Shown here: positions 19,031 through 27,360 of the stretch, one piece after another
Layout: each line of letters starts with the position of its first letter
Numbering within the stretch: position 1 is the first letter of the stretch
Source of the DNA: an uncultured Planctomycetia bacterium
GTDB lineage: Bacteria > Omnitrophota > Gorgyraeia > 1-14-0-20-64-10
Reading direction: 5' to 3'
Assembly: GCA_964597545.1 (NCBI GenBank)
Contig: CAZQXN010000009.1
Coordinates: 16-64,015 of the forward strand
Length of the DNA: 64,000 nucleotides
The notes under the pieces: model-generated
Told to the model about the DNA's origin: nothing
The model's input: only the letters and a program-made list of their open reading frames with translations
Database searches by the model: none
Translations under genes and position numbers: made by a program

Positions 19031-20521
19031 TCACAGCCTTGCCACTGCCTCCAAGGGGCTCAAGTGAAAGAGTAGCTGCTCCACTGAAGGGCTGATCACA
19101 TCCAACAAAAGCCTGGGCCAACAGCCGACAATCAGCAGGCCTGCCAAGAGGATGAGATACGGAACGCGCTCAAAAACAGTGGCGTCCTTAATGGTGGACC
19201 ATCTCGGATTTGGGGGCCCAAAGAAGCCGGTCCGAACGGCTCGAAGCATGTAAAAGGCGGTGATGACAATCCCGAAGATGGCTGCGACGGCCAACCATCG
19301 GTATGGATTCCATGCGCCAAAGAAGATCAAGAGCTCTGAGGCAAAGTTTGCAAATCCAGGCAGCCCGGCCGAGGCCAGCGCAGTCATGACAAAGGCGACC
19401 GCAATAAAGGGGACCTGGCGGGCCAGTCCGCCCCACTCGGCAGTCAGCCGCGTATGGGTTTGGTCGTACACGTGCCCCACTGCGGCAAAGGCCAGGGCGG
19501 TCATCAGGCCGTGAGCAAACATCAGCAGCACCGTGCCGTTGAGGGCGATGGGATTGAGGCAGGCAATTCCGAGCAGGACATACCCCATGTGACTTGAGGA
19601 GGAGTAGCCGATCATGAACTTGATGTCCTTTTGAGCCATGGCGACATAACCGCCGTAGATCACGTTCATGATGGCAATCCCCGCCACCCACGGCAGCCAC
19701 GCAAAGGCCCCTTCCGGCAGCAGTTGGACTGCGATTCTTAGAATCGCGTAGGATCCCAGCTTCATCAACACCCCTGCGTGCAGCATGCTCACTGCCGAAG
19801 GGGCTGCGGCATGGCCAATTGGAGACCAAGAGTGGAGTGGCCACATGGGGGCGATGACGCCAAAGCCAATCAACAGAAAAGGAAAAAGCCAGATTTGCAG
19901 ATGGCTGGGAAGAGGGTGCTGGGCCAGAAAGCGCTCCAGGAAGATCAAGTCAAAGGTCGCAACGCCGGAGGTCAGGTACAGCGCGAACAAGCCCGCCAAG
20001 GCCAAGACTGCCCCGGCCGAAAGATAAAGGGTCAGCTTCATCGTGGCGTAGCTCTTCTCCCCGGAGCCCCAGATGCCGATCAAGGGAAACATGGGGATCA
20101 CCGCCATCTCGAAGAAGAAGTAGAAGAAGAAGATGTCCAGGGAGGTGAAGACCCCATACACTGCGCCGATCAGCAGCAAGTAGAAGATGTAATAGGTTTT
20201 GACCCGCTCATGGATGCGATAGGAGATGAGCACCCCGGTGAAGCTGCAGAAGGCGTGCAGCAGGGTCAGGATCAGGCTGATGCCGTCAACCCCCACTTGG
20301 TATTGGATGCCCAAAGAAGGAACCCACGGGATCCGGTGGACCCACTGGTACCCAGCGGCAGTTCGATCGTACTGCACAAGCAGCCACAGGACGATCAAGA
20401 GCGGAATGCCGGTTGCGATAACGGCCACGCGTCGCACCCAGGCCTCTTGCCGGTTCGGGATGAGAATAAGAGACAAGGCTCCCAGGAAAGGGAGGAGCAG
20501 AATCCAGGTCACAGGGTTCAT
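19031..20521 (-). CDS. nuoM: NADH-quinone oxidoreductase subunit M
   Basis: ND4 family; start taken at MNPVTWILLLPFLGA. Confidence 0.85.
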   Translation of the reverse strand: MNPVTWILLLPFLGALSLILIPNRQEAWVRRVAVIATGIPLLIVLWLLVQYDRTAAGYQWVHRIPWVPSLGIQYQVGVDGISLILTLLHAFCSFTGVLISYRIHERVKTYYIFYLLLIGAVYGVFTSLDIFFFYFFFEMAVIPMFPLIGIWGSGEKSYATMKLTLYLSAGAVLALAGLFALYLTSGVATFDLIFLERFLAQHPLPSHLQIWLFPFLLIGFGVIAPMWPLHSWSPIGHAAAPSAVSMLHAGVLMKLGSYAILRIAVQLLPEGAFAWLPWVAGIAIMNVIYGGYVAMAQKDIKFMIGYSSSSHMGYVLLGIACLNPIALNGTVLLMFAHGLMTALAFAAVGHVYDQTHTRLTAEWGGLARQVPFIAVAFVMTALASAGLPGFANFASELLIFFGAWNPYRWLAVAAIFGIVITAFYMLRAVRTGFFGPPNPRWSTIKDATVFERVPYLILLAGLLIVGCWPRLLLDVISPSVEQLLFHLSPLEAVARL

Positions 20522-22371
20522 TGGAGAGCCACGTAAAGAATGAAGGTCAGTCCTGCCAGCAGCACCAAGGCATAGCCTTGAACCTGACCGGTTTGTGCAC
20601 GTCTGAGTGCCGAGCCGGTGAGCTGCGTAAGCCGCGCGATACCGTTGACCCACAGGCCGATGATCACGATGCGCTCAAAGAGGCCCAAGAGTATGGCCAA
20701 CCGCTGTTGAATGTTTCGGTTGATCCATGCGTAGAGCTCATCCATGTAATACTTGCGCTTGAGGATCGTTCCCAGACCCAGGAATCGATCTCTCAACGCA
20801 GGCTGCAGTGAAAATCCTCTCTGGTAGATGGCATAGGCCAGTACCAATCCGGCGACAGCGACCCCAGTGGACAGGAGGGCCACCGGTAGGCTAAATGCGG
20901 TATGCGCTGATCCTAAGTGGGCGCGATGGAGGAAGGCTGGAATTCCCAGAAAGCCAGCTGCCGTCGAGAAGATTGCCAGGACGACCATCGGTATCGTCAT
21001 CACGCGCGGGGATTCATGAGCATGTTCTGCGGCAGCGGTGCGGGGGCGGCCTAAGAAAACAAACCAGGCCAGTCGCCCCACATAAAAGGAGGTCAGTCCC
21101 GCTGTAAACGTGCCCACAATGCCTAAGAGGGGGTTTTGGGTGAGGGCCAAGGCTAAGATTTCGTCTTTACTCCAGAAGCCGGCAAGCGGAAAGATTCCAG
21201 CCAGGGCCAGGGCGGCAATCCCAAAGGTGATGGAGGTCCACGGCATCCGTTTGAATAACCCTCCCATCTGGCGGATGTCATTGGTGTGCAGCGCGTGGAT
21301 GACAGACCCTGCTCCTAAGAAGAGCAGGGCCTTGAAAAAGGCGTGCGTGGTCAAGTGGTATGCCCCGGCAATCGCACCCCCTAGACCGATCGCCATAACC
21401 ATATAGCCCAGCTGGCTTAGGGTGGAATAGGCCAGAATGCGTTTGATGTCGTTTTCGACCAATGCCATGCTGGCGGCAAAAAGGGCGGTGAAACCGCCTA
21501 TGACTGCAATCCAAGACATCAATTCCGGTGCGCTGGATACCAGGAAGAAAACCCGAATCAGCAGATAGACGCCCGCTGCCACCATGGTGGCAGCATGAAT
21601 CAAAGCCGAGACCGGGGTAGGGCCCTCCATGGCATCCGGTAGCCAGACGTGTAGGGGAAATTGCGCTGATTTTCCGACGACACCACAGAAGATCAGCCCC
21701 CCGGCAGCTGCAAGCATCCCGGTCGTTATGGTGCCGCTTGCCAACAAAGACCCTAAGCGCTCTGCCAGCAGATAGAAGTTTAGGGTGCGCACTGTCCCAT
21801 CAGCGCCTGAAAGGTTCCACAGCATAAGGATACCCATGAGGAAGCCGAAGTCGGCCAGCCGGTTGACCAAAAAGGCCTTCTTGCCGGCTTCGGCCGCCTG
21901 GGGCCGTTCATACCAGTGGCCGATCAAGAGATAGGAGCTGGCTCCGACCAACTCCCAAAAGATGAAGAGGGTGATGAAGTTATTGGCCAGCACAATGCCC
22001 AGCATGGAGAAGGCAAAGAGGGCAAGCATCGCAAAATATCGCGGAACCCCTTGGTCCTTAGCCATATAGCCGATCGAATAGATGAAGATCATCAACCCCA
22101 CGCCGGTGACCACCAGGCTCATCAAGATTGCCGGGGCATCCAGGAGCAGCCCAAACTCAATAAAAAGTTCGGGCAGGACAATCCAAGGCAGAGAGGTTTC
22201 CAGGACGTGCTCGCCCAGTCGCAGAAGAGCTGCACAAGAGCCCAAGAAGGAGAGGGCCATCGCCCCTATGGCAAGACGAGCGCTGGCGCTGCGCGATTTA
22301 CGGGCAAAAAGCACAATACTCATGCAGGCGAGCATGGGGGCAAAGAGGATGATCCAGGGCAGCACTACCAT
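20518..22371 (-). CDS. nuoL: NADH-quinone oxidoreductase subunit L
   Basis: ND5 family, 617 aa, with the long C-terminal amphipathic region; overlaps the nuoM start. Confidence 0.9.
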   Translation of the reverse strand: MVVLPWIILFAPMLACMSIVLFARKSRSASARLAIGAMALSFLGSCAALLRLGEHVLETSLPWIVLPELFIEFGLLLDAPAILMSLVVTGVGLMIFIYSIGYMAKDQGVPRYFAMLALFAFSMLGIVLANNFITLFIFWELVGASSYLLIGHWYERPQAAEAGKKAFLVNRLADFGFLMGILMLWNLSGADGTVRTLNFYLLAERLGSLLASGTITTGMLAAAGGLIFCGVVGKSAQFPLHVWLPDAMEGPTPVSALIHAATMVAAGVYLLIRVFFLVSSAPELMSWIAVIGGFTALFAASMALVENDIKRILAYSTLSQLGYMVMAIGLGGAIAGAYHLTTHAFFKALLFLGAGSVIHALHTNDIRQMGGLFKRMPWTSITFGIAALALAGIFPLAGFWSKDEILALALTQNPLLGIVGTFTAGLTSFYVGRLAWFVFLGRPRTAAAEHAHESPRVMTIPMVVLAIFSTAAGFLGIPAFLHRAHLGSAHTAFSLPVALLSTGVAVAGLVLAYAIYQRGFSLQPALRDRFLGLGTILKRKYYMDELYAWINRNIQQRLAILLGLFERIVIIGLWVNGIARLTQLTGSALRRAQTGQVQGYALVLLAGLTFILYVALQ

Positions 22372-22667
22372 CTCAAGTTTCTCACCTCATCTGCGTTGGT
22401 CTTTCCGGTATGCCGGACCAACAGCAGTGCGACAGCCAGACCCACCGCGATTTCAGCGGCTGCGACGATCATCACAAAGAAAACTATGATTTGACCGGTT
22501 AAGTCTCCCTGCGCTCGGGAGAAGGCAACAAAGGCCAGGTTAACGGCACTGAGCATCAACTCGATGCTGAGCAAAATCAGTATGATATTGCGCCGCGTGA
22601 TGACGCCGATCAAACCCATGGTAAAGAGAAGGGCGCTTAAGAGCAGCAGATGCGACAGGGTGATCAC
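22365..22667 (-). CDS. nuoK: NADH-quinone oxidoreductase subunit K
   Basis: ND4L family, 100 aa, 3 TM. Confidence 0.9.
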   Translation of the reverse strand: MITLSHLLLLSALLFTMGLIGVITRRNIILILLSIELMLSAVNLAFVAFSRAQGDLTGQIIVFFVMIVAAAEIAVGLAVALLLVRHTGKTNADEVRNLRW

Positions 22668-23167
22668 GGCAACCTCCGCTTGGCAAGCGCAATGGCGCCG
22701 ATGATTCCTACCACTAAGAGGGCACTGGCCAGCTCAAAGGGGAGGGCATAGGTGGTGAAGAGATGCTTTCCCACCTCAGCGGTGGTCCCGAGAGGCGGGT
22801 GGGCTGCAGGGGGGAGCGCTTGCTGCAGGACATTCGGAAGAAGAAAAGCCAACTGCAGCAGGAAGAGCAGTCCAACAACGGTCCCGGTAAATTTGAGAAT
22901 CCGCCCCGGGGTTCGAGAAAGGGCTTCGGGAGCTGTATCAAGCAGCATGACCACAAAAAGGAAGAGCACCAGAACCGCCCCGGCGTACACCAAGATCTGA
23001 ATGATCGCCACAAAATAGGCCCCCAAGCCCACAAAAAGGGCAGAAAGACCTAAGAGTGTTACGACCAAGGAAAGGACAGAATAGACAGGATTGCGAGCGA
23101 GGAGAACTCCCAAGGCGCCCGCAAGAATCACCGTGGAAAGAGTGGTAAAGAGGACTGGATGAATCAT
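22664..23167 (-). CDS. nuoJ: NADH-quinone oxidoreductase subunit J
   Basis: ND6 family, 167 aa; overlaps the nuoK start. Confidence 0.85.
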   Translation of the reverse strand: MIHPVLFTTLSTVILAGALGVLLARNPVYSVLSLVVTLLGLSALFVGLGAYFVAIIQILVYAGAVLVLFLFVVMLLDTAPEALSRTPGRILKFTGTVVGLLFLLQLAFLLPNVLQQALPPAAHPPLGTTAEVGKHLFTTYALPFELASALLVVGIIGAIALAKRRLP

Positions 23168-23200
23168 GCGTGAAAAGGAAGGCCATTATAACAAAACGCC

Positions 23201-23229
23201 GTTGACGCTTTTGGAAAAAATCGGTATCA
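23201..23229 (+). promoter_or_regulatory. candidate sigma-70 promoter TTGACG-N17-TATCAT for the transketolase genes (leaderless or near-leaderless)
   Basis: Good -35/-10 with 17-nt spacing; the -10 ends only ~5 nt before the first ATG at 23234, which implies a very short or absent 5' UTR. Confidence 0.35.
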
Positions 23230-23233
23230 TCTG

Positions 23234-24124
23234 TTGATCATGGCAACTCCCCACCTTCCCGTGGAACAACTACCCGCCCGTGCTCGTGACATTCGGAAAG
23301 AAGTGATCCGGATGCTGGCTGCGGCAGGCTCTGGGCATCCGGGCGGTTCCCTTTCGGAAGCCGAGATCCTGGCCGCGCTCTATTTCCATCTCCTTCGATG
23401 CGATCCCCGTCGCCCCGATTGGGAGGATCGGGACCGCTTTGTCCTGAGTAAGGGGCATGGGGTGCCTGCGCTCTATGCGGCCATGGCACTGGCCGGATAC
23501 TTCCCGAAGGAGAAACTTTCGACCTTGCGTCAGTTGGGATCCCCCCTGCAGGGTCACCCCGACATGCGGCGCTTGCCGGGACTGGAGGCCTCCTCCGGCT
23601 CCCTGGGGCAGGGGCTTTCCGTCGCCATTGGCATTGCGCTTGCTTTGGCCTTGGACCGCAAGGGGTGCTGGACCTACTGCCTCATGGGTGATGGTGAGAA
23701 CCAAGAGGGGCAGGTGTGGGAGGCAGCGGCTTTTGCAGGTTTTAGGCGCCTGGATCACTTGATTGCCATTGTAGATTACAACAAATTCCAGCTCGACGGC
23801 GCCATCAAAGATATCGGTGATCTGGAACCTCTTACCTCCAAATGGGAAGCCTTTCGCTGGCACGTCCAAGAGGTGGATGGCCATGACATTGCTCAGTTGC
23901 TGTCGGCTGTTGAGCAGGCCAAGTCCACCGAAGGCCAGCCCCATCTGATTATTGCCCATACCGTCAAGGGCAAGGGTGTTTCCTTCATGGAGGGGAACAA
24001 CGCCTTTCATGGGGTGGCCCCAACCCAAGAGGAGATGGAGGCTGCTCTGGCCGAACTCGATGGAGATCCATCCGCCTCCCAAGCCCTGATCGCAACTGGC
24101 AAGATCAAGCAGGGGGGCAAGTGA
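23234..24124 (+). CDS. transketolase, N-terminal (TPP-binding) subunit
   Basis: Transketolase N-terminal motifs (GHPGGSLS, GDGENQEG) in a stand-alone 296-aa protein. Confidence 0.85.
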   Translation: MIMATPHLPVEQLPARARDIRKEVIRMLAAAGSGHPGGSLSEAEILAALYFHLLRCDPRRPDWEDRDRFVLSKGHGVPALYAAMALAGYFPKEKLSTLRQLGSPLQGHPDMRRLPGLEASSGSLGQGLSVAIGIALALALDRKGCWTYCLMGDGENQEGQVWEAAAFAGFRRLDHLIAIVDYNKFQLDGAIKDIGDLEPLTSKWEAFRWHVQEVDGHDIAQLLSAVEQAKSTEGQPHLIIAHTVKGKGVSFMEGNNAFHGVAPTQEEMEAALAELDGDPSASQALIATGKIKQGGK

Positions 24125-25086
24125 CCATGGCGGTAATGGCTAAGACGATGGGAAAGGCAACGCGCGATGCCTACGGCGAGGCCCTTTGTGAGCTGGGGCG
24201 CAAGGACCCCAGGATTGTGGTGCTGGATGGAGATCTCTCCTGCTCGACCCGGACCAGCCTCTTTGCCGCTGAGTTCCCGGATCGGTTTTTCAACGTCGGC
24301 ATCGCTGAAGCCAACATGGTCAGCATGGCCGGCGGCTTGGCCCATTCCGGGAAGATCCCCTTCATCTCCAGCTTTGCCTGCTTTATGACCTGCAAGGGAT
24401 ATGACCAACTTCGCATGTCTGCTGCTTTCCCTCGACAGAATGTTAAGGTGGTTGCCTCCCACGGCGGCATTTCGGTGGGCGAGGACGGCGTCAGTCAGCA
24501 GTCGATCGAAGATGTGGCCCTGATGACATCACTGCCCCACTTTACCGTTACCATCCCGGCGGATGAGCATGCGACCCGCGCTTTGGTTCTGCAGTCGGCA
24601 GTCCTGGATGGCCCCTTTTACATGCGGACCGGCCGGCCCAAGGCGCCGATCATTTATAAGCCGAGCGACTCCTTCCAGATCGGCAAGGGGATCCGTTTAC
24701 GTGAAGGTAAGGATGTGACCCTGGTGGCCAATGGGTTGATGGTCTACGAGGCCTTGGTGGCAGCAGGGAAGTTGGCTGCTCAGGGGGTCTCTGCCGCGGT
24801 TGTGGACATGCATACGGTCAAGCCCTTGGATGAGAAGCTGCTCTTGGCTCAGGCCAAGGCAACCGGGGCCATGGTCATCGCCGAGGAGCATCAAATCTGG
24901 GGCGGTTTGGGCTCAGCGGTTGCGCGCTTGCTTGCCAACAACAGTCCCGTCCCGATGGAATTTGTAGCGATCCAAGACATCTACGCAGAATCCGGAAAAC
25001 CGGCTGAGCTTCTTGAAAAGTACGGTTTAACGGCCCGCCAGATCACCGAAGCGGCCCAGCGCGTTCTCCCCAGGAAGAAGGGGTGA
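24121..25086 (+). CDS. transketolase, C-terminal (pyrimidine-binding) subunit
   Basis: Transketolase Pyr and C-terminal domains in a 321-aa protein; its start overlaps the stop of the N-terminal subunit gene. Confidence 0.85.
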   Translation: MTMAVMAKTMGKATRDAYGEALCELGRKDPRIVVLDGDLSCSTRTSLFAAEFPDRFFNVGIAEANMVSMAGGLAHSGKIPFISSFACFMTCKGYDQLRMSAAFPRQNVKVVASHGGISVGEDGVSQQSIEDVALMTSLPHFTVTIPADEHATRALVLQSAVLDGPFYMRTGRPKAPIIYKPSDSFQIGKGIRLREGKDVTLVANGLMVYEALVAAGKLAAQGVSAAVVDMHTVKPLDEKLLLAQAKATGAMVIAEEHQIWGGLGSAVARLLANNSPVPMEFVAIQDIYAESGKPAELLEKYGLTARQITEAAQRVLPRKKG

Positions 25087-25727
25087 AGGTTTACCTCAAG
25101 CAGCTCGAGCTTGGACCCCTTCAAAATTTTGTTTACCTCATCGGCTCTCCTGAATCCCGACAAACTGCTGTTGTAGATCCAGCGTGGGATGTCCCCCGCA
25201 TCTTAGAGACTGCCCAGCAGGATGAGATGCGCATCACCCACGCCATCATCACCCACACCCATTTCGACCACATCAACGGCCTCGAGCCGCTCTTGGAGGC
25301 CCTTGACATCCAAGTGGTGGTGCATAAGAAGGAGGCAGATGCCCTGCCGATTGACCCATCCCGCGCTGAAGTGATCGAGGGAGGGCAGGAGATCTCCTTA
25401 GGGGGAGTGACCCTTTCGTTTCTGCATACCCCCGGGCACAGTCCGGGTTCAATCTGCGTGGCCACCGGGGATCTGCTCTTGACCGGGGATACCCTCTTTG
25501 TTGGGGGGTGCGGCCGGTGTGATTTGCCGGGCAGTGACCCCGAGGCGATGTATAAGAGCCTAACGCGTTTGAGCCAATTGGATGAGCAAATGGTCATTCA
25601 TCCGGGCCACAACTACGCTAACCAACCGACTGCATTGCTGGCCGAGGAGAAGTCGTACAACCCCTTTCTCCAGGCAGAAAGCCTCAATCAATTTCTCACC
25701 CTGGTTGGCTCTGTGCGCAGGAAGTAA
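25083..25727 (+). CDS. MBL-fold metallo-hydrolase (glyoxalase II-like)
   Basis: THTHFDHINGL metal-binding motif. Confidence 0.7.
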   Translation: MKVYLKQLELGPLQNFVYLIGSPESRQTAVVDPAWDVPRILETAQQDEMRITHAIITHTHFDHINGLEPLLEALDIQVVVHKKEADALPIDPSRAEVIEGGQEISLGGVTLSFLHTPGHSPGSICVATGDLLLTGDTLFVGGCGRCDLPGSDPEAMYKSLTRLSQLDEQMVIHPGHNYANQPTALLAEEKSYNPFLQAESLNQFLTLVGSVRRK

Positions 25728-25730
25728 TCG

Positions 25731-26102
25731 ATGGATCGGATCTTAGTGACTGGACTGTCACTGCAGGCGCGCGTAGGGCTAACAGCTGCAGAGCGAAGGA
25801 AGCGCCAGCAGATCCGAATCGACCTGGAGCTGTCTCTGGACCTTCGACCGGCAGGCCGCCGAGATGAGATGCACCGGACGATCGATTATGCAGCGGTAGC
25901 AGCCCAGACCAAGCAAACGGCAGCGGCTCGGTCTTACCGGCTGGCTGAGGCTTTGGCTGAGGCGGTGGCCGAGGTCTTGCTCAAACGCTTTCGGCCGCGG
26001 GCAGTGCGTGTGCAGGTAAAAAAATTCTCAGTTCCAGGGACAGAATCGGTGGGCGTGGAGATTGTACGCAGATCTACCCGCGGTAGGTTGCAAAAGAGTT
26101 AG
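25731..26102 (+). CDS. folB: dihydroneopterin aldolase family protein
   Basis: 123 aa with FolB-like pattern (GLSLQARVGLTAAER ... IDYAAV). Confidence 0.65.
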   Translation: MDRILVTGLSLQARVGLTAAERRKRQQIRIDLELSLDLRPAGRRDEMHRTIDYAAVAAQTKQTAAARSYRLAEALAEAVAEVLLKRFRPRAVRVQVKKFSVPGTESVGVEIVRRSTRGRLQKS

Positions 26103-26481
26103 GAGTTTCCCACAGGGTGACTTGGCTGACCGGGAACCCGGCGTGCCGGGCCCCATCAAAGATCATCTGGGCAAGTGTTTCAGCTGTTGGATTCCGGGGT
26201 AAGGCCACAAAGGGTTCTTTGAGGGCTTTAAGCTGAGGCACGATCGGGTCTTTTTCGTTTAAGAGCATCTTGTGATCCAGCACAGAATCGACCCACCCTT
26301 GAATGTGCTCCTTGACCTTTGCAAAGTCCATCACCATACCCAGCGGATTGAGAGTGTCGCTGGCCAGCTCAATCTCCACCTTGGCGTTGTGGCCATGCAG
26401 AAAGCGGCACGGACCCTTGTAATCCAAGAGCCGGTGCCCGTAGCAAAAGTGGATGACCTTGGTGATCTTGTACATGGACAT
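26074..26481 (-). CDS. queD: 6-carboxy-5,6,7,8-tetrahydropterin synthase / 6-pyruvoyl-tetrahydropterin synthase family
   Basis: CYGHRL ... HGHN zinc-ligand motifs of the PTPS/QueD family; its 3' end overlaps folB by 29 nt (convergent). Confidence 0.8.
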   Translation of the reverse strand: MSMYKITKVIHFCYGHRLLDYKGPCRFLHGHNAKVEIELASDTLNPLGMVMDFAKVKEHIQGWVDSVLDHKMLLNEKDPIVPQLKALKEPFVALPRNPTAETLAQMIFDGARHAGFPVSQVTLWETPNSFATYRG

Positions 26482-26568
26482 TAGGTTGAAGCGGTTCCTA
26501 TATTAGAATGAGTTGCTTGCGCAATCAAGTAAGAGTCGTTCGGTCGTCCATGTTCACGGAGAGCTGCG

Positions 26569-26937
26569 GTGATGATCTATAAAGGTGGCATCGGGCAATG
26601 GTCCTGGGCGCTGCACCGGTTAACCGGTGTCGGAGTAGGACTCTTCCTGTTGATCCACATCATGGATACCGCCCTGATTCTCTTGGGGCCCGATCTCTAC
26701 AACAAGATTATGCACTTTTACCGGATGCCCCTCTTTGCTCTGATGGAGATGGGGCTCTTCGCAGCGGTTTTGTACCACACCCTCAACGGAATCCGCATCA
26801 TCTTAATTGACTTCTTCCCGGCACTGACCATACATCATAAGCGTCTGTTCGCGGTCGTTGCGATTCTCTTTATTGCCATCTTTGTGCCCGTGGCCGGCAT
26901 CATGGCAGGTCACGCCCTGGAGGGGATACAGCGATGA
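26569..26937 (+). CDS. sdhC: succinate dehydrogenase cytochrome b subunit
   Basis: SdhC signature S..HRLTG plus a heme-ligand His in a 3-TM protein; sits upstream of sdhDAB. Confidence 0.7.
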   Translation: MMIYKGGIGQWSWALHRLTGVGVGLFLLIHIMDTALILLGPDLYNKIMHFYRMPLFALMEMGLFAAVLYHTLNGIRIILIDFFPALTIHHKRLFAVVAILFIAIFVPVAGIMAGHALEGIQR

Positions 26938-27356
26938 ACGTTTCCGGGGGCCATGAGCGGCCGGTAGGCGGCCTGGAGTTGTATGCTTGGCTCTTCATGC
27001 GCATCTCCGGGGTGCTCCTACTCCTGCTGGCCTTGGGGCACCTGTTTATCATGCATGTCTTTAACTCCATTCAGGTCATTGATTACGATTTTGTAGTCAA
27101 TCGCTACCAACATCTCTTTTGGCGGTTCTATGACTTGGCACTGTTGTGGCTGGCGCTGCTGCATGGGCTCAATGGGTTTCGAATGATTGCAGATGATTAT
27201 TTGCGCCCAGGGGTGCGGGGGATCGCCGTGCGCCTCCTCTTTGCCGGAGGGTTCTTTTTTCTGGTTTTGGGGAGCTGGGTGATCCTTGCTTTTCAACCGG
27301 CCTCCCCATTATCGGTACCGGGTACACTGCTGGAAAGTGTACCCGGTACCTTTTAA
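26934..27356 (+). CDS. sdhD: succinate dehydrogenase hydrophobic membrane anchor subunit
   Basis: 3-TM protein with a His ligand (LALLHGLNGFR), in the operon position of sdhD. Its last 14 codons are encoded by palindromic repeat copy C. Confidence 0.55.
   Translation: MNVSGGHERPVGGLELYAWLFMRISGVLLLLLALGHLFIMHVFNSIQVIDYDFVVNRYQHLFWRFYDLALLWLALLHGLNGFRMIADDYLRPGVRGIAVRLLFAGGFFFLVLGSWVILAFQPASPLSVPGTLLESVPGTF
27314..27350. repeat. palindromic element copy C: GGTACCGGGTACA-N11-TGTACCCGGTACC followed by TTTT
   Basis: Read directly; it lies inside the sdh operon at the sdhD/sdhA junction. Confidence 0.6.
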
Positions 27357-27360
27357 GGCT

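Noticed and set aside
19188-20543. Long ORFs antisense to nuoM (19188..19844 -, 19778..20536 +, 20226..20543 +) and many similar antisense or overlapping ORFs throughout (for example 10556..10981, 13551..14267, 24007..24462, 57081..57782)
   Set aside because: These are typical spurious open frames of high-GC DNA. Their composition is Arg/Pro/Gly-rich, they show no homology, and they are fully embedded in well-supported genes on the other strand or frame.
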